Shown here piece by piece: positions 19,101 through 28,328 of a DNA stretch of 64,000 nucleotides. The notes beneath the pieces are model-generated. The model ran no database searches. It was given only the letters and a program-made list of their open reading frames with translations, and had not been told where the DNA came from. Each line of letters begins with the position of its first letter. Position 1 is the stretch's first letter. The stretch comes from Thermoanaerobaculia bacterium (GTDB lineage: Bacteria > Acidobacteriota > Thermoanaerobaculia > UBA5066). Made by a program: the position numbers and the translations under genes. Where the stretch lies: positions 3,168,001 to 3,232,000 of the forward strand of contig CAVRAY010000001.1 of NCBI GenBank assembly GCA_963719225.1, written 5' to 3'.

Positions 19101-19266
19101 GTTCAGGACCGGCGAGGATGCCTTCGCGGACGCGGCGGGCCGATTCGTATTCGCGGGCGAAGCCGTCGTCGCCCCGGGTTCCACGATATCCATCGGCATC
19201 CTCGACGAGGCCACGCAGGAGGCCGGCTTCGAGAGGATCGACGTCCCGGGGCCGGCGACGAGATAG
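16153..19266 (+). CDS. Large exported protein: Ig-like plus degenerate alpha/beta module fused to an Acidobacterial VWA-related domain
   Basis: Signal peptide; VNLEAFVTDRKGRRVPGL...DF, VVLFVD, VPFTGD, DTGG, DLESYYSLGF. Confidence 0.8.
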   Translation: MIGRKRELTLVVLLLGAATSAASEGMRILTFVPGVANGRLPIVVDLGSSRPPAELLQNGRHACAVAAVHQTCVVDLGLSPRVTLLELVRRDGSGRVVETARRWVNKPSDARAEVLARSDCTHANEACTLTFSWSHENAAAPRALLVTIDGRKVYDGEPKDVAMPPARGSAARIVSVELSFEDGERATRTLLVGSGVSSAVDAPLNAVPVLPHGPAARDPARLEMLGGRRVHSVEPGEREVLFVVAPSAIAKLKALTEESQKPFSRSAGRMHRLLEGVDHVVFFSAVATRGAFSTASRVSDRMYRLQGYDCTPKNDYRERTLALPCVDQNLLTGERYRLAATVASAAYVRAAVPRRRTVVVVLGDEETASDESPYGAADARRYLADLLVPVEVWRLGSAAARDWPEGRRLSGAEDLVRGWEALRAGLDAQRLCWIAEDLDPAAFRLAPEDQGLALAGRGETAAPLAVASGEETGESGTITRAPVPAEASKKSVSASQEVALVNLEAFVTDRKGRRVPGLAAADFTLKVGGKVVAITNFSEFRPPRSATASAEPSPARPKRRVVLFVDRLTLGDARRSAVFFGSLKDFVVRTVQPGDEAAVLTFDETLATSVPFTGDASKVLQALDRLAKESARPPAAFAGTESAERLVDEFEQAEREIAQRDANIRRGAAAPPPPPREAVAPQTAPINPTVLAEARGLAAQEWARIRRKAAAVRSILVALGGMDGRRLLVVASHRLSRYTGLEHFLSKRLDRDVFVPQEAHEFDARELLVSLAQAANSYGVMLHGLYPEAGGDFDLSVVQRTTPQFTGQAMNGRRGIWIDANESDGLHLAVDDTGGLVGLGAERAADALSGAAEDLESYYSLGFPVEGLAGGKPLAVELKVSAPGAAVRTRRTVARRSAADRVADRAVSNLFSRDPASRLPLEARVTSTSPEAKGRLKVAYEVTIPASSLGIFPDSGGRVAKIAAFVALLDGGDVTQAPPVSREFRTGEDAFADAAGRFVFAGEAVVAPGSTISIGILDEATQEAGFERIDVPGPATR

Positions 19267-19323
19267 CGGCGGGGGGTTGCGTTTCGCGCCATCCGGCCAC
19301 ATCTTCTCGCCGGAGGAGGAGCG

Positions 19324-19695
19324 ATGCACGAATCCAAACCCTCTCGGCCCGTCGTCTTCCCGCCGACCGGCGGCACCCTGTACAAAGTCAAGACCGGCGA
19401 CACCTGGGCATCCATCGCGAGCGCGCACTCTCTCGACCCATGGTGGCTGATCGAATTCAACTTTCCCGTCATCGACTACGCGCCCGATTTTCAGACGATC
19501 TGCCGCCAGGTGAACTAGCTGCTGCGGCACCACGTGGGCTGCACGATGACGGCTGACGGGATGAACTACCGCTTCGATTCCTCCGATACCCCGGGCGCGA
19601 TTTACATTCCCTACCACGGTCGCGTGAGTGGATCGCGGGTGAGGTCCAAGTTCATGGAATTCAAATTGACCGACGTCTTCGTCACTGGGGTGTAG
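19324..19695 (+). pseudogene. LysM-like module paralogue with in-frame TAG (TGG in the paralogue) and a short different tail
   Basis: GGAGGAG RBS; near-identical to the N-terminus of 19760-20596; homology continues past the TAG at 19516-19518. Confidence 0.75.
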
Positions 19696-19759
19696 GCTTC
19701 GGGATCGAGACTATGATCCGCTGGTTCGCCATGCGGGCACCTCGCGGCAGGAGACGACC

Positions 19760-20596
19760 ATGCTCGAATCCAGACCGTCCCAACCCGTCGTCTTTCCCCC
19801 CACCAGCGGCATGCCGTACAGAGTCAGGACCGGCGACAACTGGGAATCCATCGCGAGCGCCAACGGCCTCGACACGTGGCTCTTGATCGAATTCAACTTC
19901 CCGGTCGTCCGGAGCGCACCTGACTTTCAAACGAAGTGCCGGCAGGTGAACTGGCTGCTGCACGACCGCGTGGGATGCACCCGGTCGGCCGACGGACTGA
20001 ACTACCGCTTCGACTCCGCCGATACCCCGGGAGTGATCTACATTCCATCGCCGGCGGTGGCCTTTACGCACCGGGTCAATCTCCACTTCCGGAGCCTGAG
20101 CCTGACCGCGGTCGCCTTCGACACCATCCTGCGGGGGGCGCAGAAGGTCTATGCGCAGTACGGCATCAGGATCGACTTCGCCTCGGGACTGTCGTTCGGC
20201 CTCCCCGAAGAGCAGGCGCGACGACTCGAGACGGTCGACGGCACGTGCGGCTGGTCGATCTCGTCCGGTGAGTACAGCGAGGTACAAAGCCTCGCCGGAG
20301 GAATCCCGCGCAACGACATTCTCGTCTGCTACATCAGCCGCTTCTCGACCGGTAATACGGGCTGTGGCGGCCACGCCCCCGACAAGCCCGCTTGCATCGT
20401 GGCCTCTTCGGGCAGCCAGTGGACGACCGCCCACGAGGTCGGACACGTGCTGCTCGGATCGGGCTTCTCTCCCGTCCACGAGTCGACCCGCTCGAATCTG
20501 ATGTACCCCACGATCAACCTCGGAAGCGCGACGCCCGTTCTGACCGACGCCCAGGTGGCGCAGATGAAACGATCGCCCTGCTGCGTGGCGATCTGA
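19760..20596 (+). CDS. LysM-like N-terminal module plus HExxH zinc metalloprotease, no signal peptide
   Basis: YRVRTGDNWESIASANGLDTWLLIEFN (LysM-like); AHEVGHVLLG...H and Met-turn NLMYP. Confidence 0.8.
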   Translation: MLESRPSQPVVFPPTSGMPYRVRTGDNWESIASANGLDTWLLIEFNFPVVRSAPDFQTKCRQVNWLLHDRVGCTRSADGLNYRFDSADTPGVIYIPSPAVAFTHRVNLHFRSLSLTAVAFDTILRGAQKVYAQYGIRIDFASGLSFGLPEEQARRLETVDGTCGWSISSGEYSEVQSLAGGIPRNDILVCYISRFSTGNTGCGGHAPDKPACIVASSGSQWTTAHEVGHVLLGSGFSPVHESTRSNLMYPTINLGSATPVLTDAQVAQMKRSPCCVAI

Positions 20597-20671
20597 ACGG
20601 TCGCGACCGGGGGTCGGCGGGGGCGGTTCGTACCGGGTTCGAATCGGCGGCCACCGGCCGGGCGAGCGCCC

Positions 20672-21256
20672 CTACGGGAGCATCTTGATGGCCACGGTAT
20701 TGGTCGACATGTGGGTCTCCATGCCCCCGCCCTTGACCAGTACCGCCTTGCCCGACCCCAGCCTCTTCGCGATGTAGTCTCTCGCCTTTTCGTTGTTGGC
20801 CCCGAACGTCGTGTAGACGTAGGTGATCTTCGCCGAGTTCCCGTCCGCCAGGGCCTTGTAGAAGTCCGGGACCGAGGAGCCGGAGCGCTGGGTCACGCCC
20901 ATCCAGATGTCGACCAGGAAGATCGACGAGAACAGGTCGGGCCCGTTGCTGGGCAGCAGGTCCATCCCGGGCCGGTATCCGCCCGAGAAGAGATAGAGGA
21001 TCTGCTGGGACGGAGTGAGGCTCTGCGCCTTGAGAGTGCTCGCCAGCGCGGTATGGGAATGAGTGCCGTTCACGGTATTGCTGCGCGCAACGAAGATGTG
21101 AAAGCGGTCCTTGACCTTGTTCATGTAGTTCCACATGTAGACGCCACTGTGAACACCACCCACGTCGATGCCGCCGAACACGACCAGCAGCGGGGCGCTC
21201 GCGTCGGGTGCCGCCGAAAACTTCCCGTAGCTCGGGACGTCGATTGGATCACCCAT
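20672..21256 (-). CDS. Hypothetical protein, possible minimal alpha/beta hydrolase
   Basis: GGGAGG RBS; LLVVFGG, nucleophile-elbow-like LYLFSGG, late His (METH). Confidence 0.6.
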   Translation of the reverse strand: MGDPIDVPSYGKFSAAPDASAPLLVVFGGIDVGGVHSGVYMWNYMNKVKDRFHIFVARSNTVNGTHSHTALASTLKAQSLTPSQQILYLFSGGYRPGMDLLPSNGPDLFSSIFLVDIWMGVTQRSGSSVPDFYKALADGNSAKITYVYTTFGANNEKARDYIAKRLGSGKAVLVKGGGMETHMSTNTVAIKMLP

Positions 21257-21323
21257 GTCGATCCTCCCTTTCGTCCAGGGTTCCAGTCCGTGGCGCCATG
21301 TCGCGAGCGGCGAGCGAGATGCA

Positions 21324-21398
21324 TGGTGGGAGGTATCGGGATCGAACCGATGACCTGCTGCGTGTAAAGCAGACGCTCTCCCGCTGAGCTAACCTCCC
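21324..21398 (-). tRNA. tRNA-Val(TAC)
   Basis: GGGAGGTTAGCTCAGCGGGAGAGCGTCTGCTT-TAC-ACGCAGCAGGTCATCGGTTCGATCCCGATACCTCCCACCA. Confidence 0.97.
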
Positions 21399-21519
21399 GC
21401 GAACAGTTTACGACTCGAAAAGTCCGAATTCACAGCCTCTGGAAGAAACGAGGGCGGCTTTGACATTTCTCATCTGATCGGAAAGATCCCCCCGTTTCGT
21501 ATTCCCGCAAGGAGCGCAG

Positions 21520-22995
21520 ATGGAACGCTACAACCTCGTGGTGATCGGTGCGGGTTCCGGCGGTCTCGTCGTCGCCGCGGGAGGGTCGGGGCTCGGCGCG
21601 CGTGTCGCCCTCGCGGAAAAGCACGTTCTTCCCTTCACTCCCGAGGGTGGAACGCCGGTCAAGGCGATGGGCGGCGACTGCCTGCAGTACGGCTGCGTGC
21701 CCTCGAAGGCGCTGCTCCGCGCCGCTAAGGCAGCCCACGCCGCCCGAGAGGCGGGCCGCTTCGCGATTCGCGGCGTCCCCGATCCCGGCCCGCAGGACAT
21801 CGACGCGGTCATGGACTACGTCCGCCGCGCGCAGGCCGAGATCTCTCCGGCCGACTCGGTGGAGCGCTTCACGGGGCTCGGCGTGGACGTCCTCCTGGGC
21901 GCGGGACGCCTGAAGTCCGACCACGAAGTCGAGGTCGGCGGCACGACGGTGTGGGGGAAGCACGTCGTCATCGCGACCGGCTCGCGCGCCATGATCTATC
22001 CCATCCCCGGCCTGCAAGAGGCGGGCTACCTCACGAACGAGAGCGTCTTCGGCGTGACGAAGCTGCCCGAAAGCCTGCTCCTCATGGGGGGCGGGCCGAT
22101 CGGCACCGAGCTCGGGCAGGCCTTCTCGCGCCTGGGCTCGAAGGTCACGATCGTGTCGTCCACCCCGCACATCTGCCCGAAGGAAGACGCGGACGTCGCC
22201 GAAGTCCTCGTGAAGGCGCTCAAGAGAGAAGGCGTCACGATCCACGATGATTCGCGCGCCACGAAAGTCGCGAAGAAAGACGGCAGGAAGATCGTCACGG
22301 TCAAGCCCGCGGGCGGTCCCGAGTTCGACGTCGCGGTGGACGAGATCCTCGTCGCCACGGGCCGCCGCCCGAACATCGAAGGCCTGAACCTCGACGCGGT
22401 CGGCGTGAAGCACGACCAGAAGGCCATCGCCACCGACGCGAAGTGCCGCACGAACGTGTCCTCCGTCTGGGCCATCGGCGACGTGGCGGGGAACTACCTC
22501 TTCACGCACTGGGCGGGCTATCAGGCCGGCGTCGTGCTGCGCAACACGCTGTCCCCGGTGGCCCTCGCGAAGTGCGATTTCGAGAACACGCCCTGGGTCA
22601 CGTATACGGAGCCCGAGATCGCCCACGTCGGCCTCGGGGAGGACGACGCGAAGAGAAGGAACGTCCCCTATCGCGTCTTTCACGCCGAGTTCCTCCACAA
22701 CGACCGCGCCGTCTGCGACGGGACGCAGGAGGACAACTTCGCGAAGGTGCTCATCGATCCGAAGGGGAAGATCCTGGGCGCCGCGATCGTCCACCCTCAT
22801 GCCGGCGACCTTCTCGGCGAGATCGTCCTCGCGAAGAAGAACGGGCTCGGCCTCTCCGCCCTCGGCTCGGTGATCCACGCCTACCCGTCTCTTTCGCAGA
22901 TCAACGGCGCCCTCGCGCGCGCCTATCTCAAGACCTCGCTGACGCCGGGCCGCAAGAAGATCCTCACGAAGCTGGCCACGTTCCTCAGGAGATGA
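21520..22995 (+). CDS. Pyridine nucleotide-disulfide oxidoreductase (Lpd/MerA-like family)
   Basis: VIGAGSGG, GGDCLQYGCVPSK, GGGPIGTE, ATGRRPN, AIGDV, HAYPS. Confidence 0.9.
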   Translation: MERYNLVVIGAGSGGLVVAAGGSGLGARVALAEKHVLPFTPEGGTPVKAMGGDCLQYGCVPSKALLRAAKAAHAAREAGRFAIRGVPDPGPQDIDAVMDYVRRAQAEISPADSVERFTGLGVDVLLGAGRLKSDHEVEVGGTTVWGKHVVIATGSRAMIYPIPGLQEAGYLTNESVFGVTKLPESLLLMGGGPIGTELGQAFSRLGSKVTIVSSTPHICPKEDADVAEVLVKALKREGVTIHDDSRATKVAKKDGRKIVTVKPAGGPEFDVAVDEILVATGRRPNIEGLNLDAVGVKHDQKAIATDAKCRTNVSSVWAIGDVAGNYLFTHWAGYQAGVVLRNTLSPVALAKCDFENTPWVTYTEPEIAHVGLGEDDAKRRNVPYRVFHAEFLHNDRAVCDGTQEDNFAKVLIDPKGKILGAAIVHPHAGDLLGEIVLAKKNGLGLSALGSVIHAYPSLSQINGALARAYLKTSLTPGRKKILTKLATFLRR

Positions 22996-22998
22996 CCC

Positions 22999-23733
22999 AT
23001 GGACGACGTTTCCGCCGCTCCGGCGAAAAAGCCCTTTCCCGTCGCGAAGGTGGCGGTCGCCGTCGTCGCCGTCGCCGGCCTCTTCCTCCTCTTTCGACTG
23101 CTCCCCATCGCCGCGTGGATCGAGCAGTTCAAGACGTACGTCAGGGGCCAGGGCGCGCTCGGCTACGTCATCTTCGGCCTCGTCTACATCGGTGTCTCGC
23201 TCGTTCCCGCGGGCCCCGCGGCGATCATGACGCTCGCCGCGGGGGCCGTTTATGGCGTCGTGACCGGGACGATCCTCGTCTCCCTTTCCTCGATCACCGC
23301 GGCCACTCTCGCCTTTCTCCTCGCGCGCGGCGCTTTCCGGGAGCGCGTGCAGAAGATCGCCCGGGAAAACAAGACGTTCGGGAGCCTGAACCGGGCGATC
23401 GAGAAGGAAGGGGCGAGGATTGTCGTGCTCGTTCGGCTCTCGCCGGCCTTCCCGTTCACGATCGTCAACTACCTCTTCGGCCTCACGCCGGTGAAGCTCG
23501 CGTCGTATTTCTTCGCGAGCTGGATCGCGATGCTTCCCGGCACGCTCGCCTACGTGTACTTCGGCTCGGCGATCGGGGACGTGACGGGCAGCGCCACGGC
23601 GCTCCAGAAGGCCATCAAGATCACTCTCGCCATCGCGGCCGTCGTCGCCACGGTCTTCATCGCGCGAATCGCGGCGAAGGCGATCAAGAGCGCGGGCGTG
23701 GCGGAGGAGTCTCCCGCGACGCCCGCTACTTGA
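22999..23733 (+). CDS. TVP38/TMEM64 (DedA/VTT) membrane protein
   Basis: LAAGAVYG...GT, RLSPAFPFTIVNYLFGLT, MLPGT. Confidence 0.9.
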   Translation: MDDVSAAPAKKPFPVAKVAVAVVAVAGLFLLFRLLPIAAWIEQFKTYVRGQGALGYVIFGLVYIGVSLVPAGPAAIMTLAAGAVYGVVTGTILVSLSSITAATLAFLLARGAFRERVQKIARENKTFGSLNRAIEKEGARIVVLVRLSPAFPFTIVNYLFGLTPVKLASYFFASWIAMLPGTLAYVYFGSAIGDVTGSATALQKAIKITLAIAAVVATVFIARIAAKAIKSAGVAEESPATPAT

Positions 23734-24376
23734 CGCTGTCGGAGAGCACGGAGATCGTCTGAATCTCCGGCGGCAGGTGCGACACGTCGTCGAGCAGGAG
23801 CGGCGTCGCCGGCGCAGAGCCGTCCCACTCGAACGCGGAGAGCGAACCGTTCCGCTGGCGAATCTCGTCCATCCTTCCAAGATCCCGCCCGAGGAGCCGC
23901 GTCATGAGAATGCGGTTGAAGCGTCCGTGCGCCACGACGAGCGGCGCGCGCGCGCCCGACGCCCGCAGCCGTCCGAGAAAGCGGTCCGCCCGGATCGCGG
24001 TGTGCGCCGGAGACTCCCCTCCCGCGGGTGACACCTCCGTCTCGCCTGCCCGCCAGCGCGCCCTCACGCCCGAGACTTCCTTCTCGATCGCTCCGTTGTA
24101 GGGCCGGCCCGACCACACGCCCCAGTCGAATTCGACGAGATCTCCGTCCAGCGACACGTCGAGGCCGAGAGGGGCCGCGACGATGGCTGCGGTTTCGCGC
24201 GCCCGGATCATCGGGCTGGCCCAGACCACGTCGATGGGCTCCCCTTCGAGGCGCACCGCGAGAGATTCCGCCTGGCGCGTCCCTCGTGCCGAAAGAGGCG
24301 TGTCATAACGAGAGCCCTGCAGCGCTCCGGCGAAATTGCCCTCGCTCTCGCCATGCCGCGCGATCCGGACCAGCAT
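23726..24376 (-). CDS. Histidine phosphatase (phosphoglycerate mutase family)
   Basis: ARHGES, SPMIRARETA, EFDWGVWSG, GGES, VAHG. Confidence 0.9.
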   Translation of the reverse strand: MLVRIARHGESEGNFAGALQGSRYDTPLSARGTRQAESLAVRLEGEPIDVVWASPMIRARETAAIVAAPLGLDVSLDGDLVEFDWGVWSGRPYNGAIEKEVSGVRARWRAGETEVSPAGGESPAHTAIRADRFLGRLRASGARAPLVVAHGRFNRILMTRLLGRDLGRMDEIRQRNGSLSAFEWDGSAPATPLLLDDVSHLPPEIQTISVLSDSVK

Positions 24377-24422
24377 GCGAAGGGATTCTATGAAATGCGG
24401 CTCCCCGTATCATCTCGGGCCG

Positions 24423-25703
24423 ATGCGCACCGTCGCCCGAGACTTTCCCGACGTCGTCGGAGCCATTTCCGACGACGGCGTCCGTGCCCTCTTCTCGCAG
24501 AGATTCCTCGTCGCGACGGAGATCTACGACGAGCTCGTCGACGCGGCCTGCTGGAAGATCCTCGGAGACATCGGCGCGCGCCCGGCGCCCGGGGAGGAGA
24601 AGAACGAAGAGGAGATTCTTGCTCAATACCCCGAGCGCACCCACGCGGCTCTTCGATACATGTTCGAGAAGCTGGCCGGGAGCAAGTATTTACTTAGAAG
24701 GGTGAGTGAGGCAGGCGCTGCGGGCAACACCCCGGCGGTTCCCGACGCCGCAGCGTCCATTCACCTTCCAAGAAAGTCCACCGAAACCTCAGCCCCACCA
24801 GCAGCAGGAAACGTGCGGGAACAAGAAGATCTTCCGAAAACCACCATTATCCTGACGGGGACACAACCCGGAACGGTCGAGTCCCTTGCCGCCGAGCTCG
24901 CCGCCACGGAGCCCGATGCCGCCGTCGGCGCCGAGATCGTGAGTCTCCTCGCGTCGGAGGCCGCGGAGTACTTCCGCGGGAGCAAGACCGGCGAGGAGAT
25001 CCTCTTCTCGCCCGTTCGCCTGCTGCTCTGGATTCGGTACTTTTCGAACGCGAACATCCTGTACGCGATCAACAATACGCTCGGCGCCGAGGCGCTCGCG
25101 CGCGTCCTGCCGGAGAAGGGCGGCGAGATCCTCGAGGTCGGAGGCGGCTGCGGAAGCGCGGCTGAAGCGGCGCTCGAGCAGCTCGGCACGCGCGTCGCGC
25201 GCTGGCGCTTCACGGAGCTCGTTCCGACGTTCGCGCGACGGGGCGAGCGGGCGGCGCGCGCCGCGGCAGCCCCCGGCACGCTCGTGGAAGCGGCGAAACT
25301 CGACATGACGAAGCCCTGGGACGAGCAGGGCGTCGCACCCGGCTCCTGCGACGCGGTGTACTCCGTCAACTGTTTCCACGTCGCGCCCGATCTCGCCTTC
25401 GTCCTCGGCCAGGCGAAGGCCGCGTTGAAGCCGGGCGGGGTCGTCGTGGTCTCGGAGTGCGTCAAGCCCGGAGCGCACCCCCCGCCCTCGTACGTCGATT
25501 TCGTCTTCAATTTCCTCACGAGCTTCACGGACGTGAAGCTCGACGCCGATCTCCGGCCGAATTTCGGCTTCCTCTCGCCCCGTGCCTGGCGCGCGAGCCT
25601 CCTCGCGGCCGGCTTCCGCGACGTCACGTTCGTTCCCGACGTGGACACCGTCGCGGCGCGCTACCCGAAGTTCTTCGTCGGAGCGATCGCCGCGCGCGTC
25701 TGA
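24423..25703 (+). CDS. Class I SAM-dependent methyltransferase (resembling PKS C-MT type)
   Basis: ILEVGGGCGS, RFTE, KLDM, DAVYSVNCFH, LKPGGVVVVSE. Confidence 0.85.
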   Translation: MRTVARDFPDVVGAISDDGVRALFSQRFLVATEIYDELVDAACWKILGDIGARPAPGEEKNEEEILAQYPERTHAALRYMFEKLAGSKYLLRRVSEAGAAGNTPAVPDAAASIHLPRKSTETSAPPAAGNVREQEDLPKTTIILTGTQPGTVESLAAELAATEPDAAVGAEIVSLLASEAAEYFRGSKTGEEILFSPVRLLLWIRYFSNANILYAINNTLGAEALARVLPEKGGEILEVGGGCGSAAEAALEQLGTRVARWRFTELVPTFARRGERAARAAAAPGTLVEAAKLDMTKPWDEQGVAPGSCDAVYSVNCFHVAPDLAFVLGQAKAALKPGGVVVVSECVKPGAHPPPSYVDFVFNFLTSFTDVKLDADLRPNFGFLSPRAWRASLLAAGFRDVTFVPDVDTVAARYPKFFVGAIAARV

Positions 25704-25733
25704 GAGGCGCTCAGCGCGGAACGGTCTCTCTCG

Positions 25734-27122
25734 TCAGTGAGCGGGCGCCGGCGGCGGCGTCTTCTTCACGAACGCCGCGATGTCCTCGACGACCTCGGCG
25801 GCGACGTGGCCGAGCTTTTCGTACTCGGCCGGCGTGCTTCGTCCCTGACCGGGCGCGAAGAGATGGTTCAGCGCCGGATACGACTTGAAGACGACGTCCG
25901 CACGGCCGCCGAGCTCCTTTTTCCACCCGGAAAAGTCGGCCATCGATACCTGATAGTCGCGTTCGCCCTGCAGGACGAGAATCGGCCTGCCGAGGGAGCG
26001 TGCAGCCTCGAGCGAACTCTGGACCCTGAGGTCGAGCCAGTACGACAGCGGGACGCCGAGAATCACGCCCGAGGGCGGACCCGCCCGGCCCGCGTAAAGC
26101 GCGGCCAGAGCGTCCGCCTCCTTGAGGATGCCGGGCGCCATGAGCCGCTGGGCTTCGGGCGCTCCCGGCTCGAGAAGAGAGCGCGCCTGGTCGCGGATCA
26201 CCTCCGACATGGGCCGTGACGGAGCTGCGAGAAGAACGACACCCGCCAGAGAGCCGTCGAGGACGCCGATCCGCGGCGCGAGAACCGCCCCGAGACTGTG
26301 GCCGGCGAGGAAGATCCGTTTGGGATCCGTTCCCGCCGTGGCCCGCAGGAGCTTGATGGCGGCGAGCGCGTCGTCGATCACCTCCTGGCGAATGGTCATG
26401 TCCCGGGTTCCCGCGAGATCCTTCCGGTAGACCTTCGTGCGCTTGTCGTAACGCAGCACCGCGATGCCCCGGGACGCGAGGCCCTGCGCGAGATCCTGGA
26501 ACGGGCGGTGGCCGCCGATCGTCTCGTCGCGGTCCTGGGGCCCCGAGCCGTGCACGAGGACGACACCCGGGAAGGGCCCTTCTCCCGCGGGCATGGCAAG
26601 CGTGCCGGGGAGAGACAGGGAGCCCGAGACGACCTGAACCTCGCGCTCGCGGAACGCGCCCGGCGTCACGTACGCCGGCGGCTTCCAGTCGGGACGCGAA
26701 GCGTCGCCGGCATCGAGAAACATGCCCGCCAGACGCCCGTCGGAGTGGAACGTGAGCTTCAATTCGGCCCGCTGCTTCTCGAACGTGCAGCTCGTGAACG
26801 CGAGCGTGTACTCCCCGACCCAGTTGATGCGCGGCTCGGCGCACGATCTCAGGTGTCCGCCTCTTGCGGCCACTCCCGCCCAGAATCCGCGCAGCTTGTC
26901 GTCCGGCAGCGCCGCCCGCAGCGGCTCGTCGAAACGGGACTGGAGCGCCACGAGGTCGTCCGCCTTCAGCTCCGCGACGATTTCCTTCACGAGCGACGCC
27001 GCGGCCTTCGCCGGAAGCGGTGCGATCTCGACGGCGTTGTCCGGCGTCTTCGCGGGTGCCTGCGCCGCGAGCGGGCCGGGCGCCGCGAGAGCGAGGACCA
27101 GGACATGAGGCAGTTTCATCAT
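25734..27122 (-). CDS. Exported alpha/beta hydrolase with DUF3887-like N-domain
   Basis: Signal peptide; [35 protein letters not shown]. Confidence 0.88.
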   Translation of the reverse strand: MMKLPHVLVLALAAPGPLAAQAPAKTPDNAVEIAPLPAKAAASLVKEIVAELKADDLVALQSRFDEPLRAALPDDKLRGFWAGVAARGGHLRSCAEPRINWVGEYTLAFTSCTFEKQRAELKLTFHSDGRLAGMFLDAGDASRPDWKPPAYVTPGAFREREVQVVSGSLSLPGTLAMPAGEGPFPGVVLVHGSGPQDRDETIGGHRPFQDLAQGLASRGIAVLRYDKRTKVYRKDLAGTRDMTIRQEVIDDALAAIKLLRATAGTDPKRIFLAGHSLGAVLAPRIGVLDGSLAGVVLLAAPSRPMSEVIRDQARSLLEPGAPEAQRLMAPGILKEADALAALYAGRAGPPSGVILGVPLSYWLDLRVQSSLEAARSLGRPILVLQGERDYQVSMADFSGWKKELGGRADVVFKSYPALNHLFAPGQGRSTPAEYEKLGHVAAEVVEDIAAFVKKTPPPAPAH

Positions 27123-27160
27123 GGAGCGCGCCGTTTTCCTTTGATACCCTTCCCGGTCCC

Positions 27161-28327
27161 ATGAAAATACACGAATACCAGGCCAAGGAGATCCTCCGCA
27201 CCTTCGGCGTCGCCACGCCGCGCGGCCACGTCACGGACTCGCCCGAGGAAGCGGGCCGCATCGCGAAGGAATTCGGCGGGCGCGCCGTGATCAAGGCGCA
27301 GATCCACGCCGGCGGCCGCGGCAAGGGAGGCGGCGTCAAGCTGGCGAAGAGCCCGGACGAGGCCGTCGACCTCGCCAAGAAGATCCTCGGCATGCAGCTC
27401 GTCACGCACCAGACGGGGCCGCAGGGCCAGAAGGTCAAGAAGGTCCTCGTCGAGGAGGCGCTCGACATCGCCCGGGAGCTCTATCTGGGCATCACGCTCG
27501 ATCGCGGGATCGGCCAGCCCGTCATGATGGTGAGCAAGCAGGGCGGCATGGAGATCGAGGTCGTCGCCGCGAAAGACCCGACCGCGATCGTCAAGGAGCC
27601 CTTCGACCCGGCCTGGGGCCTCCAGCCCTATCAGGCACGCAAGCTCGCGGACGCGCTCGGCCTCACGGGCGACACCCACAAGAAGTCCGTCGGTTTCCTC
27701 ATCGCGCTCGCGAAGGCGTACGTCGCCACCGATGCCTCGCTCGCCGAGATCAACCCGCTTCTCGTCACGGGATCCGGCGACGTCATCGCGCTCGACGCGA
27801 AGATGAACTTCGACGACAACGCGCTCTACCGGCACCCGAACATCAAGGAGTACCGCGATCTCGACGAGGAGGACGCCCTCGAGGTCGAGGCGTCGAAGTA
27901 CGGCCTCAACTACATCAAGCTCGACGGGAACGTGGGCTGCATGGTGAACGGCGCCGGGCTCGCGATGGCCACCATGGACATCATCCAGTACGCGGGCGGG
28001 AAGCCGGCGAACTTCCTCGACGTGGGCGGCGGCGCGAACGAGGAGCAGGTCAAGAACGCGATGCGGATCATCCTGTCCGACGCGAACGTCAAGGCGGTCC
28101 TCATCAACATCTTCGGCGGCATCATGCGGTGCGACATCATCGCGACCGGCGTCGTCAACGCCATCCAGGAGATCGGCATCAAGATCCCCGTGGTCGTGCG
28201 CCTCGAGGGCACGAACGTGGAGGAGGGCAAGGCGATTCTCGAGAGCTCGGGCCTCAAGGTCATCGCCGCCAACGACATGAAGGACGCGGCCGAGAAGGTC
28301 ATCGCGTCGCTCGGAAAGGCGGCCTGA
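27161..28327 (+). CDS. sucC: Succinyl-CoA synthetase beta subunit
   Basis: [45 protein letters not shown]. Confidence 0.98.
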   Translation: MKIHEYQAKEILRTFGVATPRGHVTDSPEEAGRIAKEFGGRAVIKAQIHAGGRGKGGGVKLAKSPDEAVDLAKKILGMQLVTHQTGPQGQKVKKVLVEEALDIARELYLGITLDRGIGQPVMMVSKQGGMEIEVVAAKDPTAIVKEPFDPAWGLQPYQARKLADALGLTGDTHKKSVGFLIALAKAYVATDASLAEINPLLVTGSGDVIALDAKMNFDDNALYRHPNIKEYRDLDEEDALEVEASKYGLNYIKLDGNVGCMVNGAGLAMATMDIIQYAGGKPANFLDVGGGANEEQVKNAMRIILSDANVKAVLINIFGGIMRCDIIATGVVNAIQEIGIKIPVVVRLEGTNVEEGKAILESSGLKVIAANDMKDAAEKVIASLGKAA

Positions 28328-28328
28328 C

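Noticed and set aside
19516-19518. Programmed TAG readthrough (pyrrolysine or recoding)
   Set aside because: The paralogue has TGG at this codon, so a single transition explains it; TAG is a normal stop elsewhere in the window
9706-19617. Very long antisense ORFs (e.g. 9706-12474, 16090-19617; also 37556-40165, 21430-23880)
   Set aside because: Shadow frames of real high-GC genes: Arg/Gly/Pro-rich translations with no motifs
19686-19710. Possible att remnant of the tRNA-Val 3' end (TCGGGATCGA)
   Set aside because: Only 10 nt identical and no integrase; compatible with chance
20605-20660. tRNA-like GGGTTCGAATC between convergent genes
   Set aside because: No cloverleaf can be built around it
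21460-21487. TTGACA-N16-AAAGAT promoter for the oxidoreductase
   Set aside because: Plausible, but the -10 is weak, so not listed as a feature
21520-22995. Mercuric reductase (merA) call
   Set aside because: No C-terminal Cys-Cys pair, no NmerA domain and no mer operon; the pairing with a TVP38 gene fits a different subfamily
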